Assembly: GCA_002269645.1 (NCBI GenBank) | Contig: NIVC01000215.1 | Location: 434,001 to 498,000 of the forward strand | Length of the DNA: 64,000 bases | Source of the DNA: Macrostomum lignano | Taxonomy: Eukaryota | Direction of reading: 5' to 3' | Shown: positions 39,001 through 51,067 of the stretch, piece by piece | Position numbering within the stretch: the stretch's first letter is position 1 | Layout of the letters: every line of letters begins with the position of its first letter | Position numbers and translations under genes: made by a program | Notes under the pieces: model-generated | Databases searched by the model: none | Told to the model about the DNA's origin: nothing | The model's input: only the letters and a program-made list of their open reading frames with translations

Positions 39001-42000
39001 CTTTGGGTCAGGACTGTCAGTTTTGGGTCAGGACTGTCAGTTTTGGGTCAGGACTGTTAGCTTTGGGTCAGGATTGTCAGTTTTGGGTCAGGATTGTCAG
39101 TTTTGGGTCAGGATTGTCAGTTTTGGGTCAGGATTGTCAGTTTTGGGTCAGGATTGTCAGTTTGGGGTCAGGATTGTCAGCTTTGGGTCAGGACTGTCCG
39201 TTTTGGGTCAGGATTGTCAGTATTTGGTCAGGATTGTCAGCTTTAGGTCAGGACTGTCAGTTTTTGGTCAGGATCGTCAGTTTTTGGTCAGGATTATCAG
39301 TTTTTGGTCAGGATTGTCAGTTTTTGGTCAGGATCGTCAGTTTTTGGTCAGGATTATCAGTTTTGGGTCAGGATTGTCAGTTTTTGGTCAGGATCGTCAG
39401 TTCTGGGTCAGGATTATCAGTTTTGGGTCAGGATTATCAGTTTTGGGTCAGAATTATCAGTTTTGGGTCAGGATTATCAGTTTTGGGTCAGGATTGTCAG
39501 TTTTTGGTCAGAATCGTCAGTTTTTGGTCAGGATTATCAGTTTTGGGTCAGGATTGTCAGTTTTTGGTCAGGATCGTCAGTTCTGGGTCAGGATTATCAG
39601 TTTTGGGTCAGGATTGTCAGTTTTGGGTCAGGATTGTCAGTTTTGGGTCAGGATCGTCAGGATTATCAGTCTTTGGTCAGGATCGTCAGTTTTTGGTCAG
39701 GATTGTCAGTATTTGGTCAGGATTGTCAGTATTTGGTCAGGATTGTCAGTTTTTGGTCAGGATTGTCAGTCTTTGGTCAGGATCGTCAGTTTTTGGTCAG
39801 GATTATCAGTCTTTGGTCAGGATCGTCAGTTTTTGGTCAGGATTGTCAGTATTTGGTCAGGATTGTCAGTATTTGGTCAGGATTGTCAGTTTTTGGTCAG
39901 GATTGTCAGTCTTTGGTCAGGATCGTCAGTTTTTGGTCAGGATTATCAGTTTTTGGTCAGGATTATCAGTTTTTGGTCAGGATTATCAGCATCTAATCAC
40001 ATTTCATCTCAGGTTGAAAATCCCAAGCATTGCGACTTCGCTAAACTGCGGATCTTTCTACTCGGCACTCACATGCAAGACCTCAAGGACATCACCAAGG
40101 AGGTGCACTACGAGAACTACAGGGCCAAGTACATCACGGAGCGAATGTCGAAACGAAAGGGGGCGGTTCGAGACGACTTCGAGACTAGAAAGTGAGATTA
40201 ATTCTATGTCACGCTTACCCTCTCTACCCTCTCGTTACCCTCTTTTCCTCTCCTTACCCTCTCCTTGCCCTCTTTACTCTCCCTTAACATCTTCACCCTC
40301 TCCTTACCCTCTCCTTGCCCTCTCTACCCTCCCTTAACATCTTTACCCTCTCCTCACCCTGTTTACCCTTTTCTTGCTTTCTTTCCATTTTCGTCTGTAT
40401 AAATGGGATACTTAAAATTAAGCTACATTCATTTTCAACAGCATTCTAGCCATGACATAAATGCGATCGTTTTCATTGCAGAAGCAAGAACACAACCGAA
40501 GCCAATTTTGAAGCAATTGTGGACACCGAAGGTCTTCTAAAAGAAAAAGAAGACGAGGTTTGTAAACGATATTTTTTAACTTGAAAATTAAGTTCATGCA
40601 TTGTCCTTTTGTTTAGCTGCATAAATGAATAGCAGTTAAGCATTCATAAAGCACGCTATTAGCGCGTGACAGACTGTGGCCCTGGCATTCCTGGGGAACC
40701 CCTTTTATATTCTAAAAATAGAACAAAAACGTTTTGCGTGCGTGCGCGCCTCACGCGATCTTTCTAGGTGTTAGTAGTACGTTTTTGACAGATTTTGCGA
40801 GTACTGCTTGTAGAGTGCAAAAATTTATTGAACAAGTCCTAAAGTATATATATAGTTAAAGCGCCATTAAGGTGTTCTGCACCGCTAAAGTATTTATGAA
40901 GTCTAGGAGTATGACGTATAAGCTTCGTCTGTATTACTCTGACGAATAGTTGTTTCTTTTTATATTGAAACTACCGAAAATATAAAGCTGGTTTTCTGGA
41001 ACTCTTTGAGCAATTAGGGGCTGAAGGGACGTAAATTAGGGGATAAAAAGGGAGAGAAATTAGGAGATAATAAAAGGAGATATTTAGGGGATAAGAAGGA
41101 GAGGAATTAGGGGATGAAGGGAGATGAATTAGGTAATGAAGGGAGGGAAATTTGTGGATGAAAAGAGACGAATTAGGGGATGACGGGAGGGGAATTAGGG
41201 CATGACGGGCGGAATTAGGGGATGGCGGAAGGGGAATTACGGGATAAAAGGAGAGGAATTAGGGAATGAAGCGATAGGAATTAGGGGATAAGAGGAGCGG
41301 AATTAGGGGATGAAAGAAGATGAATTAGGGGATGATATGAGGGGAATTAGGGCATGACGGGCGGAATTATGGGGATGGCGGAAGGGGAATTAGGGGATAA
41401 AAGGAGAGGAATTAGGGGATAAGAGGAGCGGAATTAGGGGATGGAAGAAGGGGAATTAGGGGATAGGAGGGGAATTAGAGGATAGGAGGGGAATTAGGGG
41501 ATAGGAGGGGAATTAGGGGATAGGAGGGGAATTAGGGGATAGGAGGGGAATTAGGGGATGAAGGGAAGGCTGGCTGCAATGAAGGATTTATAGATTAAGT
41601 TTAAATGAGAACTCCAAAAAAACTTATAAATCATATTTCTCCAGCTATTCAATGCCAAATAGCGGTTTTGTAAAAAACATTTCGCGTTTTTTCAGTCGTA
41701 CTTTTCTAACCCCCCCCCCTGGCTGCTTCCATAGTTTCATAGCGCCCTCTCTTATCTGCATGTCTGTTTGGGTTTTTTACCCTGGAAAACTTGGATCTAT
41801 TCAGATTTGCTCAAAAGTTGCCTACAGCGAGCGGGGTGTTAATTTCGGTTTCATGCTTCATGTTAGGCTTGTGGTTTTTTGTGGGATTTCTGCGGGTTTT
41901 TTCTATTAAAAATATTTTCCTTCTTACAATTTTTGTCTACAGATACGTCGTATGCAGCAAATGTTGCAGCAATTGCAGCAGCAACAGCAGTCTTCTGCTT

Positions 42001-42152
42001 CTGCTGCTGCTACTGTTCCAACATCGGTTTCTGCTGCTTCTGCAGCCGGGGATGCATCGGGTCACGCTGCAGCTGCTGCCGTTGCTGCTTCTAATGGCGG
42101 CTCTGCTTCCGCGGCCGGAGTTCCCGCAGCCTCCGCCAACGGTCAAAAATGA
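33047..42152 (+). CDS. Septin, SEPT2 group (SEPT1/2/4/5-like)
   Basis: Exons 33047-33103 (tentative first exon), 34823-35371, 38681-38956, 40013-40191, 40482-40557, 41943-42152 (448 aa). G1 GESGLGKS, G3 DTPGF, G4 AKAD, septin unique element [19 protein letters not shown], and coiled-coil start [16 protein letters not shown]. Confidence 0.93.
33665..34805. repeat. 21-bp minisatellite, septin intron 1
   Basis: Unit GAATGAGCAGAAATAGGGATT. Confidence 0.95.
35953..38164 (-). mobile_element. 2.2-kb insertion with TG..CA ends and 4-bp TSD (probable solo LTR, or non-autonomous TIR element)
   Basis: Termini TGATGTAACC (35953) and GGTTACATCA (38164) form a perfect 10-bp inverted pair. CCCT flanks both sides, and removing the insert restores the 30-bp intronic repeat unit. 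No long coding ORF is recognisable. Confidence 0.85.
37223..37737 (-). promoter_or_regulatory. Pol II promoter/enhancer inside the insertion
   Basis: Minus-strand TATAAAA 37229-37223 and CCAAT 37283-37279; CRE TGACGTCA 37296; AP-1 TGAGTCA at 37307, 37720, 37731; C/EBP palindrome TTGCGCAA at 37360, 37419, 37702. Confidence 0.6.
38965..39990. repeat. 20-bp minisatellite, septin intron 3
   Basis: Unit TTTTGGGTCAGGATTGTCAG. Confidence 0.95.
41030..41570. repeat. Degenerate purine-rich GAATTAGGGGAT array, last septin intron
   Basis: Direct inspection. Confidence 0.85.
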
Positions 42153-42354
42153 TTGAATAAATTGAATTAAATGAGCTCTTTGCTTCTTTTGGGTTTGTTG
42201 AGAGTTTCGTTTGGCTTGCTGCTTGGTTACGAGTATATGCTTTTTAAATAGTATCTAGCGTTATATAAGCATAACTCACTGACTCATTTTATGCGCTTCT
42301 CTAGTCTTGAAAGATTTGCATTTACGTTTATTAAATCACCTGTAGGCTGTAGCA

Positions 42355-42870
42355 ATCTCCCAGATCCTCAGTTGCTGGGCCAGCCTCCCAGAGTGTCAGT
42401 TGCTGGGTCACCAGCCTCCCAGAGTGTCAGTTGCTGGGTCCCCAGCCTCCCAGAGTGGCAGTTGCTGGGTCACCAGCCTCCCAGAGTGTCAGTTGCTGGG
42501 CCAGCCTCCCAGAGTGGCAGTTGCTGAGTCACCAGCCTCCCAGAGTGTCAGTTGCTGGGCCAGCCTCCCAGAGTGGCAGTTGCTGAGTCACCAGCCTCCC
42601 AGAGTGTCAGTTGCTGGGTCACCAGCCTCCCAGAGTGGCAGTTGCTGGGTCCCCAGCCTCCCAGAGTGTCAGTTGCTGGGTCACCAGCCTCCCAGAGTGG
42701 CAGTTGCTGGGTCCCCAGCCTCCCAGAGTGTCAGTTGCTGGGTCACCAGCCTCCCAGAGTGTCAGTTGCTGGGTCCCCAGCCTCCCAGAGTGGCAGTTGC
42801 TGGGTCACCAGCCTCCCAGAGTGTCAGTTGCTGGGCCAGCCTCCCAGAGTGGCAGTCGCTGGGCAGCCTG
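42355..42870. repeat. ~31-bp minisatellite downstream of septin
   Basis: Unit GGGTCACCAGCCTCCCAGAGTGTCAGTTGCT, with 28-bp variants. Confidence 0.9.
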
Positions 42871-44691
42871 TTAAAGTGCTAGAGAAAAGTGCAGCTATCA
42901 GTTTATTAAGTATCTTAAGTGAGTAAGCAGCTTTAAGGCATTGAATGCATCTGCTATTTTACCGTGTTTTATTGGCCCAATACAAACTAGTACAATTAAC
43001 TATTGTATTATAAAAGTACATTGCAATAACAGCTGATCTTTTTTACTTTCATTTTTCATCTTGCAATACCAAACAGCAGTAATCAATTTTTCGTTTAACT
43101 ATTTAATTTATGCGTGCATTAATTGCTTTTCAAACATTATTTTTTGTTTTACTGTCTGCCCTAATTTTTTAAACTTTATACGCTGTCCAATTATTGTAGG
43201 GGATTTTTATTCGTCTCTAAAAGTGCAAGCGTAATTAATGCTCCGTTCTGTTTTGTTTAAATGTCTAGTCACGTTTTCTCTCATATTTAATTTGTCTAAT
43301 CTAATACAATATATAGTATAAGTGTCTTACCTAGTATTGTATTTCTATTGCTTCTTAAAGTACATCTTGCCCATTGTGCGTCGCTTTTTGTATTTACTAA
43401 TTCTCTACAGCTGATTAATAGTTTATGCATGAGTAATTGCTTATCAAGCTTACTGTTGTTACTTTTATTTATAAAATTGCGATTGCGCCACCTTGTACTG
43501 TCTGCTTTGCTTGGGTTAAACTGTATGAATAAATAATTGTTGCATCTCAATGATAACTATAATAAAATTTGCCCCTATAAGTGTTGTGGTCTTTATTCGC
43601 GTTCTAATCTGATTAAATATTGTGCCTAGCATTGCTTATGGACTTTAAATCTTAGAAGCCCAAGAAAGCGCCTAAATGCGTCGTGTTCTGAAACTTTCTC
43701 TTCTTCCTTTTTTGCACTTTGCCCGCTAAGTGCAACCACAGATGGGGTCGCCCCATGTGAAAATTCTGGACTGGACTTTGCTAGACAGGGCAAGGAAAAA
43801 TCCATCTTTCCATAGCCTATATACTCTTAAATGGATTAGCCTTTTTATTGCAAAACAGTGTTTTGGCTTTTTAGCGTCTGACATCGCGTCATGGGACTCA
43901 TAACAAGGTACAAAAACAAATGGATCATTTTGTTTGTGTTTTCAATAAATAGGTCTTTGCCGCTCTTAGCCGTTTTGTTTGCGTTTATTTTCCATGGAAA
44001 ATTCTCTATGGCCTTGGGGTCGGAGGTGAAAAATTCCTTATTGGCGGTAATTAGACAGAGCAACAGATAGTGAGAGCGATGGTAATTGCCCACTGTGAGT
44101 AATAAACCCTGCAGCCTATGATGATGAAATGCTGTGCTGTAGCTATTTATAGTGTTGATAGAATCGTGCCCTGTACAAAGGGCACTAATGGGTGTGTTTT
44201 ATTCCTGCATTGAGAACTGGACTATTCTGGAATTTCCCAGCTAGCGCAAGGCCTGGCTTGTACATACCCCAACCCCCCTCCCCCCACTTGTCCCCGCGGG
44301 CTGGCCTGTACATTAGCCACCAACCCCTCTGTCCCCGCGGGCAATGCGTGATTCCTTACCGCGGGGGTCGCGGTCGCTGTTGGCGCCGCTTGGGCTTTAT
44401 AACACAGAATATAAGTATGATCCAACTGGCCTAGAGGAATTTCCCAGGCGTTGTCATGACTGCCAAGGTCGTTTTAATGTGGTATTTCGGGTAAATGGCG
44501 GTTTGCCTGCATTGAAATTCCTCCGACCCCACCCCACTCCCGGCTTCGGATGTCTATTTATTGAGCAGCTCCGGCCCGGGGCCAGAATCGTCTCTTGCTT
44601 TCTAAACGATCAGCTTCTGGTCTACGCACTACTAACGTAATCACCGATTTCTTAGCATCGAATTCGTAGCTTCCAAAAATCAGACAGACAC

Positions 44692-45602
44692 ATGGCGCCT
44701 ACTCCAGTATCAGCCCACGACTTGTCGCAGAAGCACAAACGAGTGGTGAACTTTTCTGCTGGCCCGTCAAAGCTTCCTGATACGGTGAGTCTTCTTGATA
44801 ATGACAGTCCCCTCTACAGAAAGTTATGTACGACCCTACGACCTAAAATGAGTATTATAGGTAGGCTTTACTCGTAACAGTGCCTGTACTGGCTGCACAT
44901 TTATATAGCTATTTTTAAACGCGAGACCGGGTCAATCCAGGTCAATGTTATAACTACTGTCCGAGTGTCTGTAGGTAGATTAGATTTAGCGGCATAATAT
45001 CAAGTTCCCGGAGCTGTTCATTAATTTAAATCCAAATAAAAAGTATGTCCCAAACAATGTCGCATTTGGCGCAAGTTTGAATTTCTTCGATTGGGTTTTA
45101 TTTTAAACGATTTAGTTTAAAATCATTTACAAGCTTGGCCCTATGAATGAGTGGATTGAGTAAAAATAATTATTCACTTCCGGATCGGGCAATGCTAGTA
45201 TGTTTGACGTCATGCACTCAGACTGACTAGTATAGTAGGACTCCGTGAACTTTAATTATCTGCATCTGACCAACTCGATGTGCAGTTTTCAGTTTTGGAT
45301 AAGCGTTCCCCCATTTTCCATTTTGTTAGAAATCGTTTCACATCTCTTGTCACACGAATTTCACATTTTATCCGTGACACTGAAAGGTTATTGTTTTTTT
45401 TAAACGAGTTTGACTAATTATTGTATGCTATTTATAGATATATGGGGAAACGATTAAATAGTGGAGCAGGGAACGAGATGAAGAGCTGCGAGGCTGGGAG
45501 TGGGACACTTTGGAGAGAGTCCAGCCAATTTGAGCTGAAAGGGAGAGAGTACCAGGGGAATCAGGGGTGAAGGAATGAGAGTTTTGGGGGATACAGAGAT
45601 GA

Positions 45603-45646
<44 letters not shown>

Positions 45647-48600
45647 CATTGGAATCAGGGATGAAGGGATGAGAGTTTTGGGGGGTACAGAGATGAAGGG
45701 TTGAGAGAGAGTACCATTGGAATCAGGGGTGAAGGGATGAGAGTTTTGGGGGAGTCAGAGATGAAGGGTTGAGAGAGAGTACCATTGGAATCAGGCGTGA
45801 AGGGATGAGAGTTTTGGGGGAGTCAGAGATGAAGGGTTGAGAGAGAGTACCATTGGAATCAGGGGTGAAGGGATGAGAGTTTTGGGGGAGTCAGAGATGA
45901 AGGGTTGAGAGAGAGTACCATTGGAATCAGGCGTGAAGGGATGAGAGTTTTGGGGGAGTCAGAGATGAAGGGTTGAGAGAGAGTACCATTGGAATCAGGG
46001 GTGAAGGGATGAGAGTTTTGTGGGAGTCAGAGATGAAGGGTTGAGAGAGAGTACCATTGGAATCAGGCGTGAAGGGATGAGAGTTTTGGGGGAGTCAGAG
46101 ATGAAGGGTTGAAAGAGAGTACCATTGGAATCAGGCGTGAAGGGATGAGAGATTTGGGGGAGTCAGAGATGAAGGGTTGAGAGAGAGTACCATTGGAATC
46201 AGGCGTGAAGGGATGAGAGTTTTGGGGGAGTCAGAGATGAAGGGTTGAGAGAGAGTACCATTGGAATCAGGCGTGAAGGGATGAGAGTTTTGGGGGAGTC
46301 AGAGATGAAGGGTTGAGAGAGAGTACCATTGGAATCAGGCGTGAAGGGATGAGAGATTTGGGGGAGTCAGAGATGAAGGGTTGAGAGAGAGTACCATTGG
46401 AATCAGGCGTGAAGGGATGAGAGTTTTGGGGGAGTCAGAGATGAAGGGTTGAGAGAGAGTACCATTGGAATCAGGCGTAAAGGGATGAGACAAAGGGCTT
46501 AGTTTCGTTCTATTTGACAAAGCAGTTTCCAATTTGCCATTTAATGCCAGGTTCTTCAACGCGCCCAAGAGGAGATGCTGAACTTTCAAGAAACCGGCTC
46601 AAGCGTGATGGAGCTGTCCCATCGCGGTAAAACGTTTAAATCGGTGATCTCCGAGGCGGAGAAGCTCACCAGACAGTTGCTCAATGTGCCGGATAACTTC
46701 CGGATTCTGTTTATGCAGGGAGGCGGCTGTGGACAATTCGCTGCTGTCCCATTGAATCTGGCGGGTGAGCACTGATGGGCTGCTAATCTACTCTCCTCAG
46801 TGATCTAATTGTGTGATGGGTTGCTAATCTACTCTCCTCAGTGATCTAATTGTGTGATGGGTTGCTAATCTACTCTCCTCAGTGATCTAATTGCATAAAG
46901 GGTTGCTAATCTACTCTCCTCAGTGATCTAATTGTGTGATGGGTTGCTAATCTACCCCCTCACCCCTGCAGGCAGCCCGGGAGCCACCGTGGACTACATT
47001 GTCACTGGCAGGTGGTCGGAGTCCGCTGCCAAAGAGGCAGAAAAGTACTGCAAGGTGCGCAAAGTGCACGCGCCCAAGCCGCACGCCTCTGATTCGTCTG
47101 ACAGCGAGGACAGCGAAGAGGAATGGTGGTCAGAGCTGTCTGATAACGCCGCCTACGTGTACATGTGCGACAACGAGACCGTTGACGGAGTCGAGTTTAA
47201 GTGTCCGCCAAGGACTCCACCAGGTGTACCCCTGGTAGCCGACATGTCGTCGAATATGATGAGCCGTCCGATTGACTTCAGCAAGTACGGGCTGGTGTTC
47301 GCTGGTGCTCAGAAGAACCTTGGACCTGCCGGTGTCACCGTGGTTATTGTCCGCGAGGACCTTATGGACGGCCGGGCCTTGCCGTTCTGTCCCAGTGTTC
47401 TCAGCTACCATGTGAGTGGATTGCTAATCTAGCCAGTGTGCTCAATGAGATGATGGTGGAATGCTAATCTAGCCAGTGTGCTCAATGGGATGATGGTGGA
47501 TTGCTAATATAGTTAGTGTGCTCAATGAGATGATGGTGGAATGCTAATCTAGCCAGTGTGCTCAATGGGATGATTGTGGATTGCTAATCTAGCCAGTGTG
47601 CTCAATGGGATGATGGTGGAATGCTAATCTAGTTAGTGTGCTTAGCTACCATGTGAGTGGATTGCTAATCTAGCCAGTGTGCTCAATGGGATGATTGTGG
47701 ATTGCTAATCTAGTTAGTGTGCTCAGCTACCATGTGAGTGGATTGCTAATCTAGCCAGTGTGCTCAATGGGATGATTGTGGATTGCTAATCTAACCAGTG
47801 TGCTCAATGAGATGATAGTGGATTGCTAATCTAGCCAGTGTGCTCAATGGGATGATTGTGGATTGCTAATCTAGCCAGTGGGCTCAATGGGATGATTGTG
47901 GATTGCTAATCTAGCCAGTGTGCTCAATGAGATGATGGTGGATTGCTAATCTAGTTAGTGTGCTCAGCTACCATGTGAGTGGATTGCTAATCTAGCCAGT
48001 GTGCTCAATGGGATGATTGTGGATTGCTAATCTAACCAGTGTGCTCAATGAGATGATAGTGGATTGCTAATCTAGCCAGTGTGCTCAATGGGATGATTGT
48101 GGATTGCTAATCTAGCCAGTGGGCTCAATGGGATGATTGTGGATTGCTAATCTAGCCAGTGGGCTCAATGGGATGATGGTGGATTGCTAATCTAGCCAGT
48201 GTGCTCAATGAGATGATGGTGGATTGCTGATGAGGAAAAATGCATTTAAAGGAAGCTGTATTAAGCGACATTGATAATATATCAAACTCCTACCCAATTT
48301 ACCCCAACAACAGGTAACCAGCCGCAACGATTCGCTGTACAACACGCCGCCAACCTTCAGCATCTACGTCACTGGCCTGGTGATGCAGTGGGTTCGCGAT
48401 TCTGGCGGTGTGGCCCGTATGCAGGAGCTGTCCCGCGAGAAATCGTCGCTTCTCTACAGTTTGATTGAAAATTCTCAGGGTTTCTACTAGTAAGTAGAGC
48501 GAACGCGTTTTCTTTTATTTTTAATAACTTTAAAAAAGCACCCCATGTTCTGTTTTTAATGAATTTTAAACCATAGTAAAGAAAGTGAAAGTTAAGTTCA

Positions 48601-49151
48601 CGACCTGTTTTCGAGCTTAAGGACACGACCCCTATCTCGGATTTAAGGTCACGACCCCTATCTCGGATTTAAGGTCACGACCCCTATCTCAAATTTAAGG
48701 TCGCGAACCCTATCTCTGGTTTAAGGTCACGACCCTATCTTGGGTTTAAGGTCACGACCCCTATCTTTGTTTAAGGTCACGAACCCTTCTCGGGTTCACG
48801 TTCACGACCTTTTCTTAAATTCGATTTACAAGCCCAACTCTTGGGGTCAAGTGAAGGTCATGACCCCATCCTGCAAGTAGCTATCACCATCCCATCTCCC
48901 GCAGCTGCCCAGTGGACAAGTCCTGCCGCTCTCGCATGAACATTGTGTTCCGCCTTTCCGGCGGCGAAGCTCTGGAGAAGCGATTCACCGAAGAGGCTGC
49001 CAAGCAGGGCCTGACCAATCTGGAAGGTCACCGGTCGATTGGCGGTCTCCGGGCCTCGTTGTATAACGCTGTGACCATTGCGGACACCCGGACTCTGGCC
49101 AGCTTCATGCGCGACTTTGCAAAACGAGTCGCTCAGATTGACCTTGTCTAA
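44692..49151 (+). CDS. PSAT1: Phosphoserine aminotransferase
   Basis: Exons 44692-44784, 46551-46764, 46972-47411, 48314-48489, 48905-49151 (389 aa). Motifs: [30 protein letters not shown]-lysine motif [44 protein letters not shown]. Confidence 0.96.
45560..46490. repeat. 68-bp minisatellite, PSAT1 intron 1
   Basis: Period measured from GAGAGAGTAC at 45841 and 45909; (GA)n expansion near 45608. Confidence 0.95.
46775..46955. repeat. 41-bp minisatellite, PSAT1 intron 2
   Basis: Unit GGGTTGCTAATCTACTCTCCTCAGTGATCTAATTGTGTGAT. Confidence 0.9.
47412..48230. repeat. 40-bp minisatellite, PSAT1 intron 3
   Basis: Unit GATTGCTAATCTAGCCAGTGTGCTCAATGGGATGATTGTG. Confidence 0.95.
48620..48830. repeat. 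~26-bp minisatellite, PSAT1 intron 4
   Basis: Unit GTCACGACCCCTATCTCGGATTTAAG. Confidence 0.85.
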
Positions 49152-50336
49152 ACCTAGCAAATCAGATTGATTAATGAACTGTCAGCTAACTTATCTCGAG
49201 CGGCTTTGCTCCTGTTTCTGTCTTCTTCTTTTTCTCTTTCTCTTCTTCAAAGATCAATAATGGTTTTATTTTCTTATGTCAATCAATATCTGGAACAACA
49301 GAGAGAGAGGGGGGGAGAGAGAGAGAGAGAGAGAGTACTCTTAACTAATGCTTTTACGTATTACTCAGCATCTCATTGTAGCTTTGTTTTACTATTTAAA
49401 TTATTAACGATACAATGCGACTTAAATTGGCTTGGCAATGATGAGTCGAGTGGGAATTTTTCGAATAAAAAAAGCCTTATCTATGCTACTGAAAGTAGAA
49501 ATACAAAAACATGCATTTGGCTGGAGCCGCCTGGTCAATTTAACCGATTTGATTAATTTTCATCGGCTTTGCAAATTGAAGAAATTTTGCTAGCTAATTA
49601 AAACTATAATCTTGTATCATTTTCGGTGATTGCTGCTGTCGAACTTTGATCTAATTTTCAAAATATTTGTACTTTAAATTTTTTTGATGCGATTTAAATT
49701 TGGATAAACTGAACTACTGCGCTTCTAAATAAATGCGTTATGATTTATTAACTGCAAGCTGAAGTTGAATCTGCCTCTCGGTTATTGTTTTGCTTGTTTA
49801 ACTAATTTAAATATACAAAAGTATTGGCACCAATTTCTGTTGTGTCAGGCTGTCTTAGATGATCTGAGAAAAGTTCCACTGATTTTAATATTTTTTATCG
49901 CCATTGAAAGCTGGTTCTAAAATATTTTCGTAATACCACTTTACAGTTGCATAATAAGAATCACCTCTGAACCACTCATTAGAATCGGCCCTGAATCACT
50001 CAGAGAATCGGCCCTGAACCACTCAGAGAATCACCTCTGAACCACTCAGAGAATCGGCCATGAACCACTCAGAGAATCGGCCCTGAACCACTCAGAGAAT
50101 CGGCCCTGAACCACTCAGAGAATCGGCCCTGAACCACTCATTAGAATCGGCCCTGAATCACTCATTAGAATCGGCCCTGAACCACTCAGAGAATCGGCCC
50201 TGAACCACTCATTAGAATCGGCCCTGAATCACTCATTAGAATCGGCCCTGAACCACTCAGAGAATCGGCCCTGAACCACTCATTAGAATCGGCCCTGAAC
50301 CACTCATTAGAATCGGCCCTGAACCACTCATTAGAA

Positions 50337-50450
50337 CCGCTTGCTCAGGGGAGTCGGCGGAATGGGCAGTAATGCCTCTCGCCGGTTGTGTGCCAATGTC
50401 GCTTAAAGTGCGCCAGGGTGCACACAACCCCCTGCCTCTAATAAAAAAAA
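50337..50450 (+). mobile_element. Short poly(A)-tailed retro-insert (SINE or LINE 3' end), copy 1
   Basis: 114 bp ending AATAAAAAAAA, flanked by the TSD CTCATTAGAA (50327-50336 and 50451-50460). Confidence 0.8.
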
Positions 50451-50953
50451 CTCATTAGAATCGGCCATGAACCACTCATTAGAATCGGCCCTGAACCACT
50501 CAGAGAATCGGCCCTGAACCACTCATTAGAATCGGCCCTGAACCACTCAGAGAATCGCCTCTGAACCACTCATTAGAATCGGCCCTGAATCACTCATTAG
50601 AATCGGCCCTGAACCACTCAGAGAATCGGCCCTGAACTACTCAGAGAATCACCTCTGAACCACTCAGAGAATCGGCCCTGAACTACTCAGAGAATCACCT
50701 CTGAACCACTCAGAGAATCGGCCCTGAACCACTCAGAGAATCGCCTCTGAACCACTCATTAGAATCGGCCCTGAATCACTCATTAGAATCGGCCCTGAAC
50801 CACTCAGAGAATCGGCCCTGAACCACTCAGAGAATCGGCCCTGAACCACTCATTAGAATCGGCCCTGAATCACTCATTAGAATCGGCCCTGAACCACTCA
50901 GAGAATCGGCCCTGAACCACTCATTAGAATCGGCCCTGAACCACTCATTAGAA

Positions 50954-51067
50954 CCGCTTGCTCAGGGGAGTCGGCGGAATGGGCAGTAATGCCTCTCGCC
51001 GGTTGTGTGCCAATGTCGCTTAAAGTGCGCCAGGGTGCACACAACCCCCTGCCTCTAATAAAAAAAA
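50954..51067 (+). mobile_element. Short poly(A)-tailed retro-insert, copy 2
   Basis: Same sequence and same TSD as copy 1, 617 bp downstream. Confidence 0.8.

Noticed and set aside
40735-40770. Helitron 3' end (hairpin + CTAG)
   Set aside because: The stem is only 5 bp, the CTAG is not followed by T, and no 5' TC end was identified.
42291-42926. Overlapping Pro/Ser-rich ORFs after septin
   Set aside because: They are readings of the ~31-bp array.
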